Below are positions 1 to 9,386 of a stretch of DNA of 64,000 nucleotides, piece by piece. The stretch lies in assembly GCA_964607145.1 (NCBI GenBank), contig CAZSIX010000015.1, positions 3,014 to 67,013 of the forward strand, read 5' to 3'. A model generated the notes under the pieces. The model saw nothing but the letters and a program-made list of their open reading frames with translations. It was not told the origin of the DNA and searched no databases. Each line of letters starts with the position of its first letter. Within the stretch, counting starts at the first letter, position 1. This DNA is from an uncultured Planctomycetota bacterium (lineage in GTDB: Bacteria > Planctomycetota > JAJSAM01 > JAKLKS01). The position numbers and the translations under genes were made by a program.

Positions 1-4
1 GCTG

Positions 5-1741
5 ATGCGGGCGCTGGAGGCCACCGCCCCCCGGCCGATCCTCGTGCGCGCCGCCGTGGACGTCCTCCGCGGCCACCTCGCCCACGCCGACGGGCGGGTC
101 CGATCGGCGGCGCAGTGGTGCCTCGTCCGTCGGGGGGGACTCCCCGCGGCGGAGCAGGTCCGCGAGGTGCTCGAGGCGCTGCGGTCGGGCGATTTCCACC
201 GGTACGACAGCGCCGTCGGGAACGACCTCCTCGCGTACCCGGGGCCGTGGACACCGGAGGTCGCCGCGCTCCTCGCGTCCGGGCTCGGGCGCAGCGGCGG
301 ACCGCTCGCCCATCGGATCGATCTCGCCTACCGCATCGCCGACGACGCGCGCGTCGCGGCGCTCCCCCGCGCCGAGTTCGCCCGGATCTGGGAGACGGTG
401 GCCCGCTGGGGGGAGGAGCGGGCCGGGGAGGCCGGCGGCGACGGGGACGCGGCGGAGGGGCCGACGGTGGGGGACGTGCTGATGCGGCTGCGGGAGAGGT
501 TCCTCGACCCGGTGCGGGACTCCCCCTCGGCCGGTCCCGCGGCGGCGGAGGTGCTGTCCCGCCTCGCGGACCCGCGGGCGCAGCGGGCGTGGATGGGGTT
601 CTGCGAGGGGTACTCGATCTTCCTGCCGGCGGAGGCGGGCATGCCCGGCGCGGTCTCCGGAGAGCCCGCGCTCCGCTGGCTCGGCTACGGAATCCTCCTG
701 AGGGGCGGCGCGCGAGGTCTGCGGGAGGGCGGCGTGGCGCCGGCATCCGCACTGCCTCATCTTGCGACGGACCTCCTGTCCACGTTCCCGCCGGTGACCA
801 CGGGCGAGTGGTCCGACGGCGGCGACCTCGGCCACCGGGCGCTCGCGTTGGCGAGCCTCGCCCCGGATCCGGCGCTGGCTCCGCAACTGCGGCTGCTCAT
901 GGCGGCGCCCGGCGCGGACTGGGATCGCCGCCGGCGCGCGCTCGATGTCCTCGTCGCATGCGCCGGGCGGGAGGCGCTCCCCGACGTGCGGGCCTGCATG
1001 GCGGACGACCGGTGGTCGTACGCCCACCGGCACCTCGTCGCGCTCCTCGGGGACGGCTGCGTGGAGGACCTCGTGGCGCTCGCGCGGAGGCTCGGGAACG
1101 CGGAGGCGCCGCTGCGGCCGGCTCCGCCGGAGCACCAGCCTCCGCCCGACGGGCCCGCGCTGCGCGGCGAGGCGCTGGCGCGCTACCTGGACGGGATACG
1201 GGCGGTGGCCGATGGCGCGGGCCGACCGATCGCCGCGCCGGAGTTCACGCCGGCGCTGGCGGACTACGTGCTTCCGGCGCTGAAGGAGACCGGTCGGGAC
1301 CTGGACCTCCTGGCGTGGTGCGCGGAGGAACGCCGTCCCGCCTTCCACCACGTCGTCGCCAGACGGGCGGTGCGGGTGCTCGGGACCGCCAACGCGCCGG
1401 CGTTCCTGCTGGGGATCCTCGACTCCCCCGACGAGGCTGCCCGCTCCGCCGCGGCGGACGCACTGGCGGGACTGCGGACATTCTCCCGCCTCAAGTCCGA
1501 TTTCGGGAAGTGGCTGGGCGGTGATCCGGACGACGCCTTCCGCAGGTCGGCGGCGATGCTGGCGGATGGGGATCCGATCAAACGGCAGGGCGCGGCCCTC
1601 GCGCTCGCCGCCCTCGGCGACCCGGCGGCCGTCCCGGCGCTCCTCCGCCTGCTCGACGACCCGGAGGAGGACGTGCGCGAAGCGGCGCTGCGCGCCCTGG
1701 ATCGCCTGGGCGCCGCCCGCGCCGGAGAGCGGCAGCGGTAG
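5..1741 (+). CDS. HEAT/PBS-lyase repeat protein (possibly 5'-partial at window edge)
   Basis: ORF 5..1741. C-terminal HEAT-like repeats (PAAVPALLRLLDDPEEDVREAALRALDRLG; IKRQGAALALAALGDPAAV). Composition is protein-like, not the Arg/Pro junk of the alternative frames. Confidence 0.6.
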   Translation: MRALEATAPRPILVRAAVDVLRGHLAHADGRVRSAAQWCLVRRGGLPAAEQVREVLEALRSGDFHRYDSAVGNDLLAYPGPWTPEVAALLASGLGRSGGPLAHRIDLAYRIADDARVAALPRAEFARIWETVARWGEERAGEAGGDGDAAEGPTVGDVLMRLRERFLDPVRDSPSAGPAAAEVLSRLADPRAQRAWMGFCEGYSIFLPAEAGMPGAVSGEPALRWLGYGILLRGGARGLREGGVAPASALPHLATDLLSTFPPVTTGEWSDGGDLGHRALALASLAPDPALAPQLRLLMAAPGADWDRRRRALDVLVACAGREALPDVRACMADDRWSYAHRHLVALLGDGCVEDLVALARRLGNAEAPLRPAPPEHQPPPDGPALRGEALARYLDGIRAVADGAGRPIAAPEFTPALADYVLPALKETGRDLDLLAWCAEERRPAFHHVVARRAVRVLGTANAPAFLLGILDSPDEAARSAAADALAGLRTFSRLKSDFGKWLGGDPDDAFRRSAAMLADGDPIKRQGAALALAALGDPAAVPALLRLLDDPEEDVREAALRALDRLGAARAGERQR

Positions 1742-1800
1742 ATCCGAGCGTCGGCGCCAGGAATCGCCGCACCCACCAGCCTTCCACCGCAAGAACCTTG

Positions 1801-1866
1801 CCCCGGGGTCAGACCCCGTCGGTACCCCGGGGTCAGACCCCGGGGGGGGATGGGGGTCTGACCCCG
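1801..1866. repeat. Array of three 13-nt palindromic units GGGGTCAGACCCC (two direct, one inverted) between convergent genes; hairpin/terminator-like
   Basis: Seen directly: ccccggggtcagacccc at 1801-1817 and 1825-1841, inverted gggggtctgacccc at 1852-1864. Each unit can fold as GGGGTC-A-GACCCC. Confidence 0.6.
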
Positions 1867-3005
1867 ACGAGGCGGTCGGGCAGGAGGGCGGCGGCGTCGG
1901 GGACGGCGGCGGGGCCGTCGAGGCAGAGGGCGGCGAGGGTGTCGCCCACGGCCACCGCCGCGGAGACGCCGTGGCCGCCGAGGGCGGCGGCCCACGCGAA
2001 GCCCGGCAGCCGCGGGTCGGGGCCGAGGACGAACCGCCCGTCCGGCGAGAGCGTGCGGAGGCCGGCGCGCGCGCGCCGGATCCAGAGGCGGCCGAACTCC
2101 GGAAACGCGCGGCCCACTTTCTCGCCGAGGACGGCGCGGAGGGCCGTGCTCACCTTCGGCGACGCCGGGCCGTGGGGGTCCTCGTCGCAGGGGGAGAGCA
2201 GCGCCCCCATGCCGTCGGAGCGCACGTAGACGCCCCGCGCCACGTCCCAGACCGTGGGCGACCCGTGGGGCACCAGCGCGCTGGGCCCCGCGTGGAAGAG
2301 GTGGCGCCGCCGGGGGGAGAGCGCCAGGGGATCGAGGCCCGCCAGCGCCGCCACGCCGTCGGCGAAGGACCCCGCCGCGTCCACGAGGAGCGGCGTCGCA
2401 ATGCGGCCGCGCGCCGTCTCCACCGCGGTCACGCGCCCGCCCTCGACGCGCACGCCGAGCAGCGGGCAGAGCGTGGCGAGGACGGCCCCGCGCTCCCGCG
2501 CCGAGCGGAGGAGGCCGGCGAGGAGGGCCTCCACGTCCACGACGCCGTCCCCGCCGTGCCACGCCGCCGCCGCCGGCGCCGCGCCGCGGAGCACGGGAGC
2601 CCGCCGCAGCGCCGCCGCCGGGTCCAGCGTCTCCACGGGGAGTCCCGCCTCCCGCGCCGCCGCCGCCGCGCGCCGGAGCGCCTCCGCCGCGGGCCCCTCC
2701 GACCCCGCCGTCAGCAGCAGCCCCTGGCCGCCGCAGAGCGGTCCCCCGGCGCCGAGATCGGCGGGAGGCCGCGCCAGCGCCTCGCCGCCCGCCCGCGCCA
2801 TGGCCGCCGTGACGCCGTCGTCGAGGACGCGCCGGAGGATGGCGGCGGAGCGCCCCGACGCGTGGAGCCCCGGCGCCCGATCCCCCTCCAGGATCACCAC
2901 CCGCAGCCCGCGGAGCGCCAGCGACCGCGCCGCCGCCGCGCCCGCGAGCCCCGCCCCCACGACGACGGCGTCGGCGCGGGAAGGGAGGGAGCGGGAATCG
3001 GTCAC
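1833..3005 (-). CDS. FAD-dependent oxidoreductase (DAO/glycine-oxidase-like family)
   Basis: N-terminal Rossmann dinucleotide motif VVVGAGLAGAAAARSLALRGLRVVILE. Full-length ORF with ATG start. Confidence 0.75.
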   Translation of the reverse strand: MTDSRSLPSRADAVVVGAGLAGAAAARSLALRGLRVVILEGDRAPGLHASGRSAAILRRVLDDGVTAAMARAGGEALARPPADLGAGGPLCGGQGLLLTAGSEGPAAEALRRAAAAAREAGLPVETLDPAAALRRAPVLRGAAPAAAAWHGGDGVVDVEALLAGLLRSARERGAVLATLCPLLGVRVEGGRVTAVETARGRIATPLLVDAAGSFADGVAALAGLDPLALSPRRRHLFHAGPSALVPHGSPTVWDVARGVYVRSDGMGALLSPCDEDPHGPASPKVSTALRAVLGEKVGRAFPEFGRLWIRRARAGLRTLSPDGRFVLGPDPRLPGFAWAAALGGHGVSAAVAVGDTLAALCLDGPAAVPDAAALLPDRLVGVRPPSPPGV

Positions 3006-3138
3006 GGGGATCCTCGGCGGGGTCGGCGGAGCGGGCGGCCGGGGAGGCCGCCGCCGATGCCGAGTCTGCGCGCAGGTTGCGCGGTGGTGGAGGTTTCCGC
3101 CGCCGTCCGCGGGCGCGGGAGCCCGTCCCGAGGGGGGC

Positions 3139-4635
3139 CTAGAACGAGATCGTGAACCGCACGTACACCCAGAGCCCGTCGCCGCCGGAGCCGGTGTCCC
3201 GCACGAACGGGCCGTCCCAGAACTGCGCGCCGCCGAAGTCCACGCGGAGGTGCTCGGAGACGGTGTGGGAGAACACGAGGTCGAACTCCGTCCCCACGTA
3301 GGTCGAGCCGCCCGCGGTGCCGGCGCGGAGCGGCGCCCCGCTGGCGGCGTACCACGCGTCGTCGGCGTCCTGCAGGTGGAAGCGGTGGGCGGTCGCGGTG
3401 ATGGTCCAGTCCTTCGCCGGCTTCACGCGGACGCCGAGGGCCACGTCCCGCATGTTCCGCCAGCCCATGGCGTCGAGGATCCCGTAGTGGTTGTGGTTGG
3501 TGGGGAAGAGGTTCTGGAACGTCTGCCGCTCCGCGTCCGTGGGGTCGTGATCGCCGGTGGCGGCGTTCCACTCCAGGCCGAACCGCGGCTGCCAGCCCAG
3601 GTCGGCGAACGTGTAGCCGAGGCCGAGATGGGCGGCCCACGCCCGCAGCGGGTCCCCCGCCACGTGGCCCCGCTGGAGCACGCCCTCGGCGCCCCAGTCG
3701 AGGTCGCCGGTGCCGCCGGCGTACCGCGCGCCCAGCGTGGCGAACTTCGTGTCGCCGGGGAGTCCGTCCTCGCCGAGTGCGTCGACGCGGGTCCGCAGCC
3801 CCAGCAGGTAGAGGTCCAGGTCGCCCCCCGCCAGCGCGCCCGGAGTCCGGGTGTACAGGCCGAAGAAGTCGTCGTCGTCGTCGTCCACTCCCGGCGTCAC
3901 CGTGCCGAGGCCGCGCTCCATGACCCGCGTCGCGAAGAGGTCGAAGCGCGTCCTCCCGAAGGTGCGCGTGAGCAGGGCGCCGTCGAAGGAGCGGCCGTAG
4001 TTGTGCCACTCGAAATCGCCCACCAGGCGGTGGTCCCCGTAGGCGAGGGTCATGCGTCCGCCGCGGAGCGTGACGCCGCTCCCCAGGAAGTCGGCCGCCT
4101 CGAACCACCCCTGCTTCAGGTCGGTGCCGGTGCCGGCGCCGTTGAGCTGCGCGATGGTGGACGGTTCCTCGCCGAAGGCGCGGTCGTCCCGGATCTCGAT
4201 GCGCGCGGTGAGCCCCTGCGCGATGTCGGCGTCCGCCTGGAGCGACGTCCGGAGCCAGCCGATGTCCTCGACCGCGGCGCCGCCGGGGTCGCCGGTGCGG
4301 TACGCCCGGTCCCAGCGCTCCCACCAGAACACCACGTGTCCCGAGAACCGCAGCGCCCGCGCCCCCGGCGCGGAGACGTTCGCGCCCGCCACCTGGCGCC
4401 CGGCGAGGTACTCGTCCACGGCCTTGCCGATGCCCGCGGGTGCCGCGGCGCCGCCGTCCTTCGCCTCCAGGTCGGCGATGCGCTTCTGGAGGGACTCCAC
4501 GAGTTCGCGCGTGCGGCGGAGCTCCTCGCGGACGTCGGCGTCCTCGCCGGCGGGCGCCGGCGACGCGACGACGCAACCGGCGAGCGCCGCGACGGCGAGG
4601 CGGAGGGGAAGGGAGGCGGGACGGGCGGCGCGCAT
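3139..4635 (-). CDS. Outer-membrane beta-barrel protein (putative porin) with signal peptide
   Basis: Internal Met start MRAARPASLPLRLAVAALAGC (signal peptide) at 4635 by codon arithmetic. Coiled-coil N-region, alternating beta-strand composition, C-terminal aromatic ...VRFTISF typical of OM barrels. The upstream part of ORF 3139..4872 is rejected. Confidence 0.6.
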   Translation of the reverse strand: MRAARPASLPLRLAVAALAGCVVASPAPAGEDADVREELRRTRELVESLQKRIADLEAKDGGAAAPAGIGKAVDEYLAGRQVAGANVSAPGARALRFSGHVVFWWERWDRAYRTGDPGGAAVEDIGWLRTSLQADADIAQGLTARIEIRDDRAFGEEPSTIAQLNGAGTGTDLKQGWFEAADFLGSGVTLRGGRMTLAYGDHRLVGDFEWHNYGRSFDGALLTRTFGRTRFDLFATRVMERGLGTVTPGVDDDDDDFFGLYTRTPGALAGGDLDLYLLGLRTRVDALGEDGLPGDTKFATLGARYAGGTGDLDWGAEGVLQRGHVAGDPLRAWAAHLGLGYTFADLGWQPRFGLEWNAATGDHDPTDAERQTFQNLFPTNHNHYGILDAMGWRNMRDVALGVRVKPAKDWTITATAHRFHLQDADDAWYAASGAPLRAGTAGGSTYVGTEFDLVFSHTVSEHLRVDFGGAQFWDGPFVRDTGSGGDGLWVYVRFTISF

Positions 4636-4747
4636 GGGGGGCGTTCCTCCGGGATCGAGGGTGGCTGGGAGTGCCGTCACGATAGCGGGCGGGTCCGACG
4701 GGGCGGACACGGGAACGGGGCGGCGCCGGGCCGCGGGGTGACCTCCG

Positions 4748-5404
4748 TCACGGGGACGGCGGAGGGGGCCCCAGCGCCGCCAGGTGCCGGTCGTGGATCC
4801 GGGAGAGCAGGGCCAGCGCGGCCACCGCGCCGATCCCGCACAGGAACATGTCCCACTGCGTGTCCCAGACATCCCCCTGCGTCCCGAGGAACGCCTCCGC
4901 CGCCTCGCCCGACGCCGCCGCCGTCCACCATTCGAGGATCTCGTACACGGCGCTCACCGCGAGGCACGTGCAGACGACGAGGAACCGGAGCCACCCCCCC
5001 GGTCGCAGCGGGGAGGTCCGCAGCAGCACCTCCCGCGCGAGGATGGCCGGAACGAAGCCCTGCACGAAGTGGCCGAGGCGATCGTAGGGATTGCGGGCGA
5101 GGCCGAGGGCGTCGCGCACCCAGTGTCCCGCGGGCACCTCCGCGTAGGTCCAGTGCCCGCCCACCATGAGGATGGCCGCGTGGAGGAGCAGGAGGCGCGC
5201 CAGCAGCGGGGTCAGGGGGAACCGGTGCCGCGTCGCCACGAGCACCGGCGCCGCCACCAGCACGGGGGCGTTCTCCAGGAACCAGGTGAACCGGTCCGCC
5301 ACCGGGTCCGCGCCCAGCAGGACGAACAGCGCGGCGGCCACGGCCAGGAGAATCCCCTGCTCGCGGGAGACCGGGGACGGCGCGTCTCCGTGGGCCGGTT
5401 CCAT
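4748..5404 (-). CDS. Integral membrane protein, DUF2238/YjdF-like
   Basis: Hydrophobic multi-TM sequence (LAVAAALFVLLGADPVADRFTWFLENAPVLVAAPVLVATRHRFPLTP...). Start MEPAHGD at 5404 (cat at 5402-5404). The N-terminal 160 aa of the ORF is Arg/Ser junk. Confidence 0.55.
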   Translation of the reverse strand: MEPAHGDAPSPVSREQGILLAVAAALFVLLGADPVADRFTWFLENAPVLVAAPVLVATRHRFPLTPLLARLLLLHAAILMVGGHWTYAEVPAGHWVRDALGLARNPYDRLGHFVQGFVPAILAREVLLRTSPLRPGGWLRFLVVCTCLAVSAVYEILEWWTAAASGEAAEAFLGTQGDVWDTQWDMFLCGIGAVAALALLSRIHDRHLAALGPPPPSP

Positions 5405-5627
5405 GGGTCCGCTCCCTCCCGCACCGGGCGCCCCGCAGGGCGTGGCCGTCACCGCCTGTGCTATGCTGACGCGCCGGAGAGCGTATCGGACTCTCTCCGC
5501 GATCCGGGGTTCCGACGACCCCGGGAAGGGAAAAGGGGGTTCCGCGCGGCCCCGCCGTGCAGTGAACGGGAATCGGTCGGACGCCCGGCCCGATCGGACT
5601 CCCGCCGCGTGCCGGTTCGGAGGGGCG

Positions 5628-6062
5628 ATGCCGCGGGTGCTGCTCGTGGAGGACGACGACGCCTTCCGCATCTTCTGCCGCGTGGCCCTCCAGGCGGAGG
5701 GCTTCGAGGTCCTCGAGGCGCGGGACGGCACCGTGGGGCTGGCCCTGGCCCAGCGGGAGATCCCCGATCTCCTCATCCTCGACCTCTGGCTGCCCGGCCT
5801 GACGGGCTCCGGCGTGCTCCGCACCGTCCGCGCCGACACGCGCCTCGACCACGTGCCCGTGCTCGTCCTTTCCGGCGTGCCCGAGGTCAAGGACCGCGAC
5901 GGGCTCTACACCTACGGCGCCGACGACGTGCTGGAGAAGCCCATTTCCCCGGAACTCCTCGTGGCGGCGGTGAAGACGCGCCTGCGACTGGGCCGGTCGT
6001 GGGTGGGGCGGCGGCGCCGCGGGGTCGGCGAGTCGCAGCCCGACGGAAACCCGTCGGTGTGA
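5628..6062 (+). CDS. Single-domain response regulator (CheY-like receiver)
   Basis: MPRVLLVEDDDAFRIFCRVALQAEGFEVLEARDG...DLLILDLWLPGLTG...PVLVLSG. ATG at 5628. The upstream part of ORF 5166..6062 is junk. Confidence 0.75.
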   Translation: MPRVLLVEDDDAFRIFCRVALQAEGFEVLEARDGTVGLALAQREIPDLLILDLWLPGLTGSGVLRTVRADTRLDHVPVLVLSGVPEVKDRDGLYTYGADDVLEKPISPELLVAAVKTRLRLGRSWVGRRRRGVGESQPDGNPSV

Positions 6063-7453
6063 CCGTGCGTCGCGCGGGCGCACCGCCGCCCCCCGGGCGC
6101 GTCGCGCGGCGGAGGCCCGTCGCCGCGGCCCTCGCCCTCCTCGCCCTCCTCCCGCCCGCCGGGCTCGCCGACGGCGCGCGTCCGGCGCCCCTCCGGGACG
6201 GCCTCGCGTCGTGGGTGCCCGCCAACGCGGCGGCGGTGTTCTTCCCGTCCCTCGAGGCCGCGGCGTCGGCGGCGGAGATCCTCGCGCGGCGCCTGCCCGA
6301 GGTCCTCCCCGGCCTCTGCGCCGCGGCGCCCGACGGATCCCGGGAGCCGCTCTCCCGCATGATCGACATGCTCCTCCTCCCCACCATCTGGCGGACCAAT
6401 CCCAACGTGAAGACGGGCACGCGCGCCGTGGCGCTCGTGGTGGCGGACCCCGACGTGGCGCGCGCCCCGGACGTGGCGCTGGTGTGCGAGGTGGAGGACG
6501 CCACCCGCGTCCGGGGCCACCGCAGCGCCTCGCTGGTCTTCGAGGACCGGGCCCGCGCCCGGTTCCGCACGGACGACCTGGACGCGTGGTCCGACGACGG
6601 GGCGGTCCGCTCGTTCTTCGCGCTGGAGGGCGGCGTGGCGGTCCTCTCCACGACGCGCGACCTGCGCGAGCGCATCCTCGCCGCCGGCGCCGGGCGCGCG
6701 CCGTCCCTGGCCTCGGCGGCCCCCGACGACCTCGAGGCGGCGCGCACCGCGTTCCCCGCCGAGGAAGGGGACGGACTGCTCGTCGTCCCCGCGGCGTTCC
6801 TCGTGCGGGCGAACTCCCGGGAACTGCGTGCGCGGCACGCCCTGTCGCGCGGTTGCGAGGCGGCGCGGGTCGGCCTGTACGGGGCGGACCTCCGCAGGAG
6901 GGCCGTTCCCGGAGCGGGGGAGTCGCGCCTGACCGACCACCGGTGCCCCGCGGGCGGCACGGTCTCCGCCGGCGGGCCGGCGGGCCCCGTGTGCGCGCTC
7001 CACGGCACGACGGCGTGGCCCGTTCCGCTGGGCGACCTGCCCGGGGCGCGGGGGTCCGCGGAGCCGGGCCCCTGGGACGGATGGGAGTCCCTGCTGGCGG
7101 AGGCGGAAGCCTTCGTCGCGCACCTGCGCGGCGGGACCGCCGCCCCGGTCCTGTCCCTCCTCCTGCCCCCGGGGGCCCGGGGGGCGGCCCTCGACGGGGC
7201 CGCGCGCCGCTGGGCCACGGCGCCCGCGGCCGACGCCGGCGCCGCGGCGCGGGCCCGCGAGCGGCTGGCTCTCCTGGGGGAAGCCGGCTTCCGGAACGAG
7301 GGGCTTTCCGCCGCGTACGTCGCGTGGACCGGCCGCGTCCCCCCCGATCCGTCAACCCCCGCCCCGCGCGACGGGATCCGGGTCCCGCCGCGGCCCGCCG
7401 AGGCGCGCGTCCTCTCGCTCCGCCTCGCCGGCGGCGCGGCGGCGTGGCGGTAG
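6059..7453 (+). CDS. Hypothetical secreted protein (signal peptide)
   Basis: GTG start overlapping the stop of the response regulator (GTGA). N-term VTVRRAG...RRPVAAALALLALLPPAGLADG is signal-like. The antisense ORFs 4677..7478 and 5887..8010 are Arg/Pro-rich artefacts. Confidence 0.5.
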   Translation: MTVRRAGAPPPPGRVARRRPVAAALALLALLPPAGLADGARPAPLRDGLASWVPANAAAVFFPSLEAAASAAEILARRLPEVLPGLCAAAPDGSREPLSRMIDMLLLPTIWRTNPNVKTGTRAVALVVADPDVARAPDVALVCEVEDATRVRGHRSASLVFEDRARARFRTDDLDAWSDDGAVRSFFALEGGVAVLSTTRDLRERILAAGAGRAPSLASAAPDDLEAARTAFPAEEGDGLLVVPAAFLVRANSRELRARHALSRGCEAARVGLYGADLRRRAVPGAGESRLTDHRCPAGGTVSAGGPAGPVCALHGTTAWPVPLGDLPGARGSAEPGPWDGWESLLAEAEAFVAHLRGGTAAPVLSLLLPPGARGAALDGAARRWATAPAADAGAAARARERLALLGEAGFRNEGLSAAYVAWTGRVPPDPSTPAPRDGIRVPPRPAEARVLSLRLAGGAAAWR

Positions 7454-7455
7454 CC

Positions 7456-8193
7456 GTGGATCTCCGCGAACGCGTCACCGTGGAGACGCCGGAGCGGGTG
7501 GAGTTCTCCTACGAGGTGGCCGGCCTCGGGAGCCGGTTCGCGGCGGGCGTGGTGGACACGTTCATCGTGGGCTTCCTGGTGGTCGGGCTCCTGGCCGTGT
7601 TCTGGCTCGGCGGCGAGGCCATCCCCTTCGCGACGTTCGCCGTCTCGGCGCTCCGCGGCATCGCGCTCCTCTCGGTGTTCGTCCTGCTCTGGGGGTTCCA
7701 CCTCTACTTCGAGACCTTCCGCGGGGGCCGCTCGCCGGGCAAGCGCCTGCTGGGACTGCGCGTGGTGTCCGAGGGGGGCCTCCCCTGCACGCTGTCCCGG
7801 GCGGCGGTCCGCAACCTGCTGCGCGTCGTGGACGTCTTCCCGCCGCCGTTCTACGGGCTGGGCGGCGTCGTGATGTTCCTGGATCCCCGCGCGCGCCGCA
7901 TCGGGGACCTGGCCGCGGGGACGGTGGTGGTGCGGGAGCGGGCGCTGGCGGCGCCCGCATCGGTGGCCCGGGCCCGCGCCCCCGACCGGGCGACGCGGGA
8001 GCGGGGCCACGCGCTCTCCGCGGCGGAGGCCGGCGTGCTGGGGGCGTTCCTCGCGCGCCGCGACGAACTGGCGCCGGAAGTGCGGGACCGCCTCGCCGTG
8101 TCCGTGGCGGAGCGCGTGGCGCGACGGCGCGAGGAGCCGACGCCCGCCGACCCGGAGGCCTACCTGGAGCGCGTCGCGGAGGCGGTCCGGTGA
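7456..8193 (+). CDS. RDD family membrane protein
   Basis: GTG start just after the TAG of the upstream gene. TM segments plus the RDD-like pattern (FRGGRSPGKRLLGLRVVSEGG). Confidence 0.65.
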   Translation: MDLRERVTVETPERVEFSYEVAGLGSRFAAGVVDTFIVGFLVVGLLAVFWLGGEAIPFATFAVSALRGIALLSVFVLLWGFHLYFETFRGGRSPGKRLLGLRVVSEGGLPCTLSRAAVRNLLRVVDVFPPPFYGLGGVVMFLDPRARRIGDLAAGTVVVRERALAAPASVARARAPDRATRERGHALSAAEAGVLGAFLARRDELAPEVRDRLAVSVAERVARRREEPTPADPEAYLERVAEAVR

Positions 8194-9257
8194 GCGCCGA
8201 CGCCCTCGTCGTCGCGCGCCGACAGCGCTGGGCGCGGCTCGGCGAACTGGTGGGCCGCGGGCAGGCCCGCGGCGCCGAGAGCCTCGCGCCGGAGGACGTG
8301 CGGGAGGCGGCGCGCCTCTACCGCGAGACCGCCGCCGACCTCGCCCGCCTGCGCACCGCCGGCGCGGCCCCCGAGATCGAGGACTACGTGGAGCGCCTCG
8401 TGGCGGGCGGGCACAACCTCCTCTACCGCTCCCGCGCGGAGGGGCCCGGCGCGCCGGGCGTCGTGGCGTTCCTCGTGCGCGAGTTCCCGACGCTGGTCCG
8501 CCGGTCCGGCGGCGCGCTGGCGCTGGCGGCGCTCCTCTGGGCGGTCGCCGCGGCGGGGGCCTTCACCGGCGCCACGCTCCGCCCCGACGTGGCGCGGGAC
8601 GTCTGTCCGCAGCGGTTCCTCGATCGCATCGAGGTGGCCGCCGCCAACCGCGCCCTCGGGCTGCCGGCGACGTACATCTCCATGGACGGCGCGTTCGTGC
8701 CCGTCTTCTCGGGGACGGTCATCGCCAACAACGTGCAGGCCACCTTCGTGGCCTTCGCGCTGGGCGTGACCGCCGGGTTCGGGACCGCCGCCGTCCTGCT
8801 GCTCAACGGGGCCCTCTTCGGACTCCTCGCCGGCGTGTACGGCAACGAGGGCGTCCCGGACGTGTTCTGGGCCTTCGTCGGGACCCACGGCTGGGTGGAG
8901 ATCCCCGCGTTCCTCATCGCCGCCGCCGCGGGCCTGCGACTGGGCGGAGCGCTGCTGCGTCCCGGCGAGCGGACCCGCCGGGACGCCCTCGCCGCGGAGG
9001 CCGTGGACGCCGGCCGCCTCCTCGGCGGGACGACGGTGCTCCTCGTGCTGGCGGGGGTGGTCGAGGGCGCCGTCGCGCCGCTGCCCGTGTCCCCCCTCCT
9101 CCGTGTCGGCACCGGTCTCGCCATCGGGCTCCTCGTCGGAGCCTGGCTGCTGCTGGGCGGGCGCGGCGGCGCGGAAGGGGAGGGGCCCGTCGACCCCGCG
9201 CTGGACGACGTCGCGCACGGGCCTGCATCGGTGCTGGGTCCGGCGCGGAGGGGGTGA
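8190..9257 (+). CDS. Stage II sporulation protein M-like / DUF95 membrane protein
   Basis: GTGA overlap with the RDD gene. Multi-TM; conserved neighbourhood partner of RDD, DUF58 and MoxR. Confidence 0.6.
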   Translation: MSADALVVARRQRWARLGELVGRGQARGAESLAPEDVREAARLYRETAADLARLRTAGAAPEIEDYVERLVAGGHNLLYRSRAEGPGAPGVVAFLVREFPTLVRRSGGALALAALLWAVAAAGAFTGATLRPDVARDVCPQRFLDRIEVAAANRALGLPATYISMDGAFVPVFSGTVIANNVQATFVAFALGVTAGFGTAAVLLLNGALFGLLAGVYGNEGVPDVFWAFVGTHGWVEIPAFLIAAAAGLRLGGALLRPGERTRRDALAAEAVDAGRLLGGTTVLLVLAGVVEGAVAPLPVSPLLRVGTGLAIGLLVGAWLLLGGRGGAEGEGPVDPALDDVAHGPASVLGPARRG

Positions 9258-9386
9258 ACCATGGCGGACACGCGGGACCGCCCTGTCGGGAGCGCGGTCC
9301 CGCTCCGGGAAGTGGCGATCGGCGGGGCCCGGGCTCTCGTGACGCGAGGGCGACCGACGGCCTCGAGGTGATCCGCCCGGGTCGGG

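Noticed and set aside
4677-8010. Long minus-strand ORFs 4677..7478 (933 aa) and 5887..8010 (707 aa)
   Set aside because: Extreme Arg/Pro/Gly/Ala composition with no domains. They are antisense to plus-strand genes that have signal peptides, TM segments and domain motifs. Typical high-GC frame artefacts.
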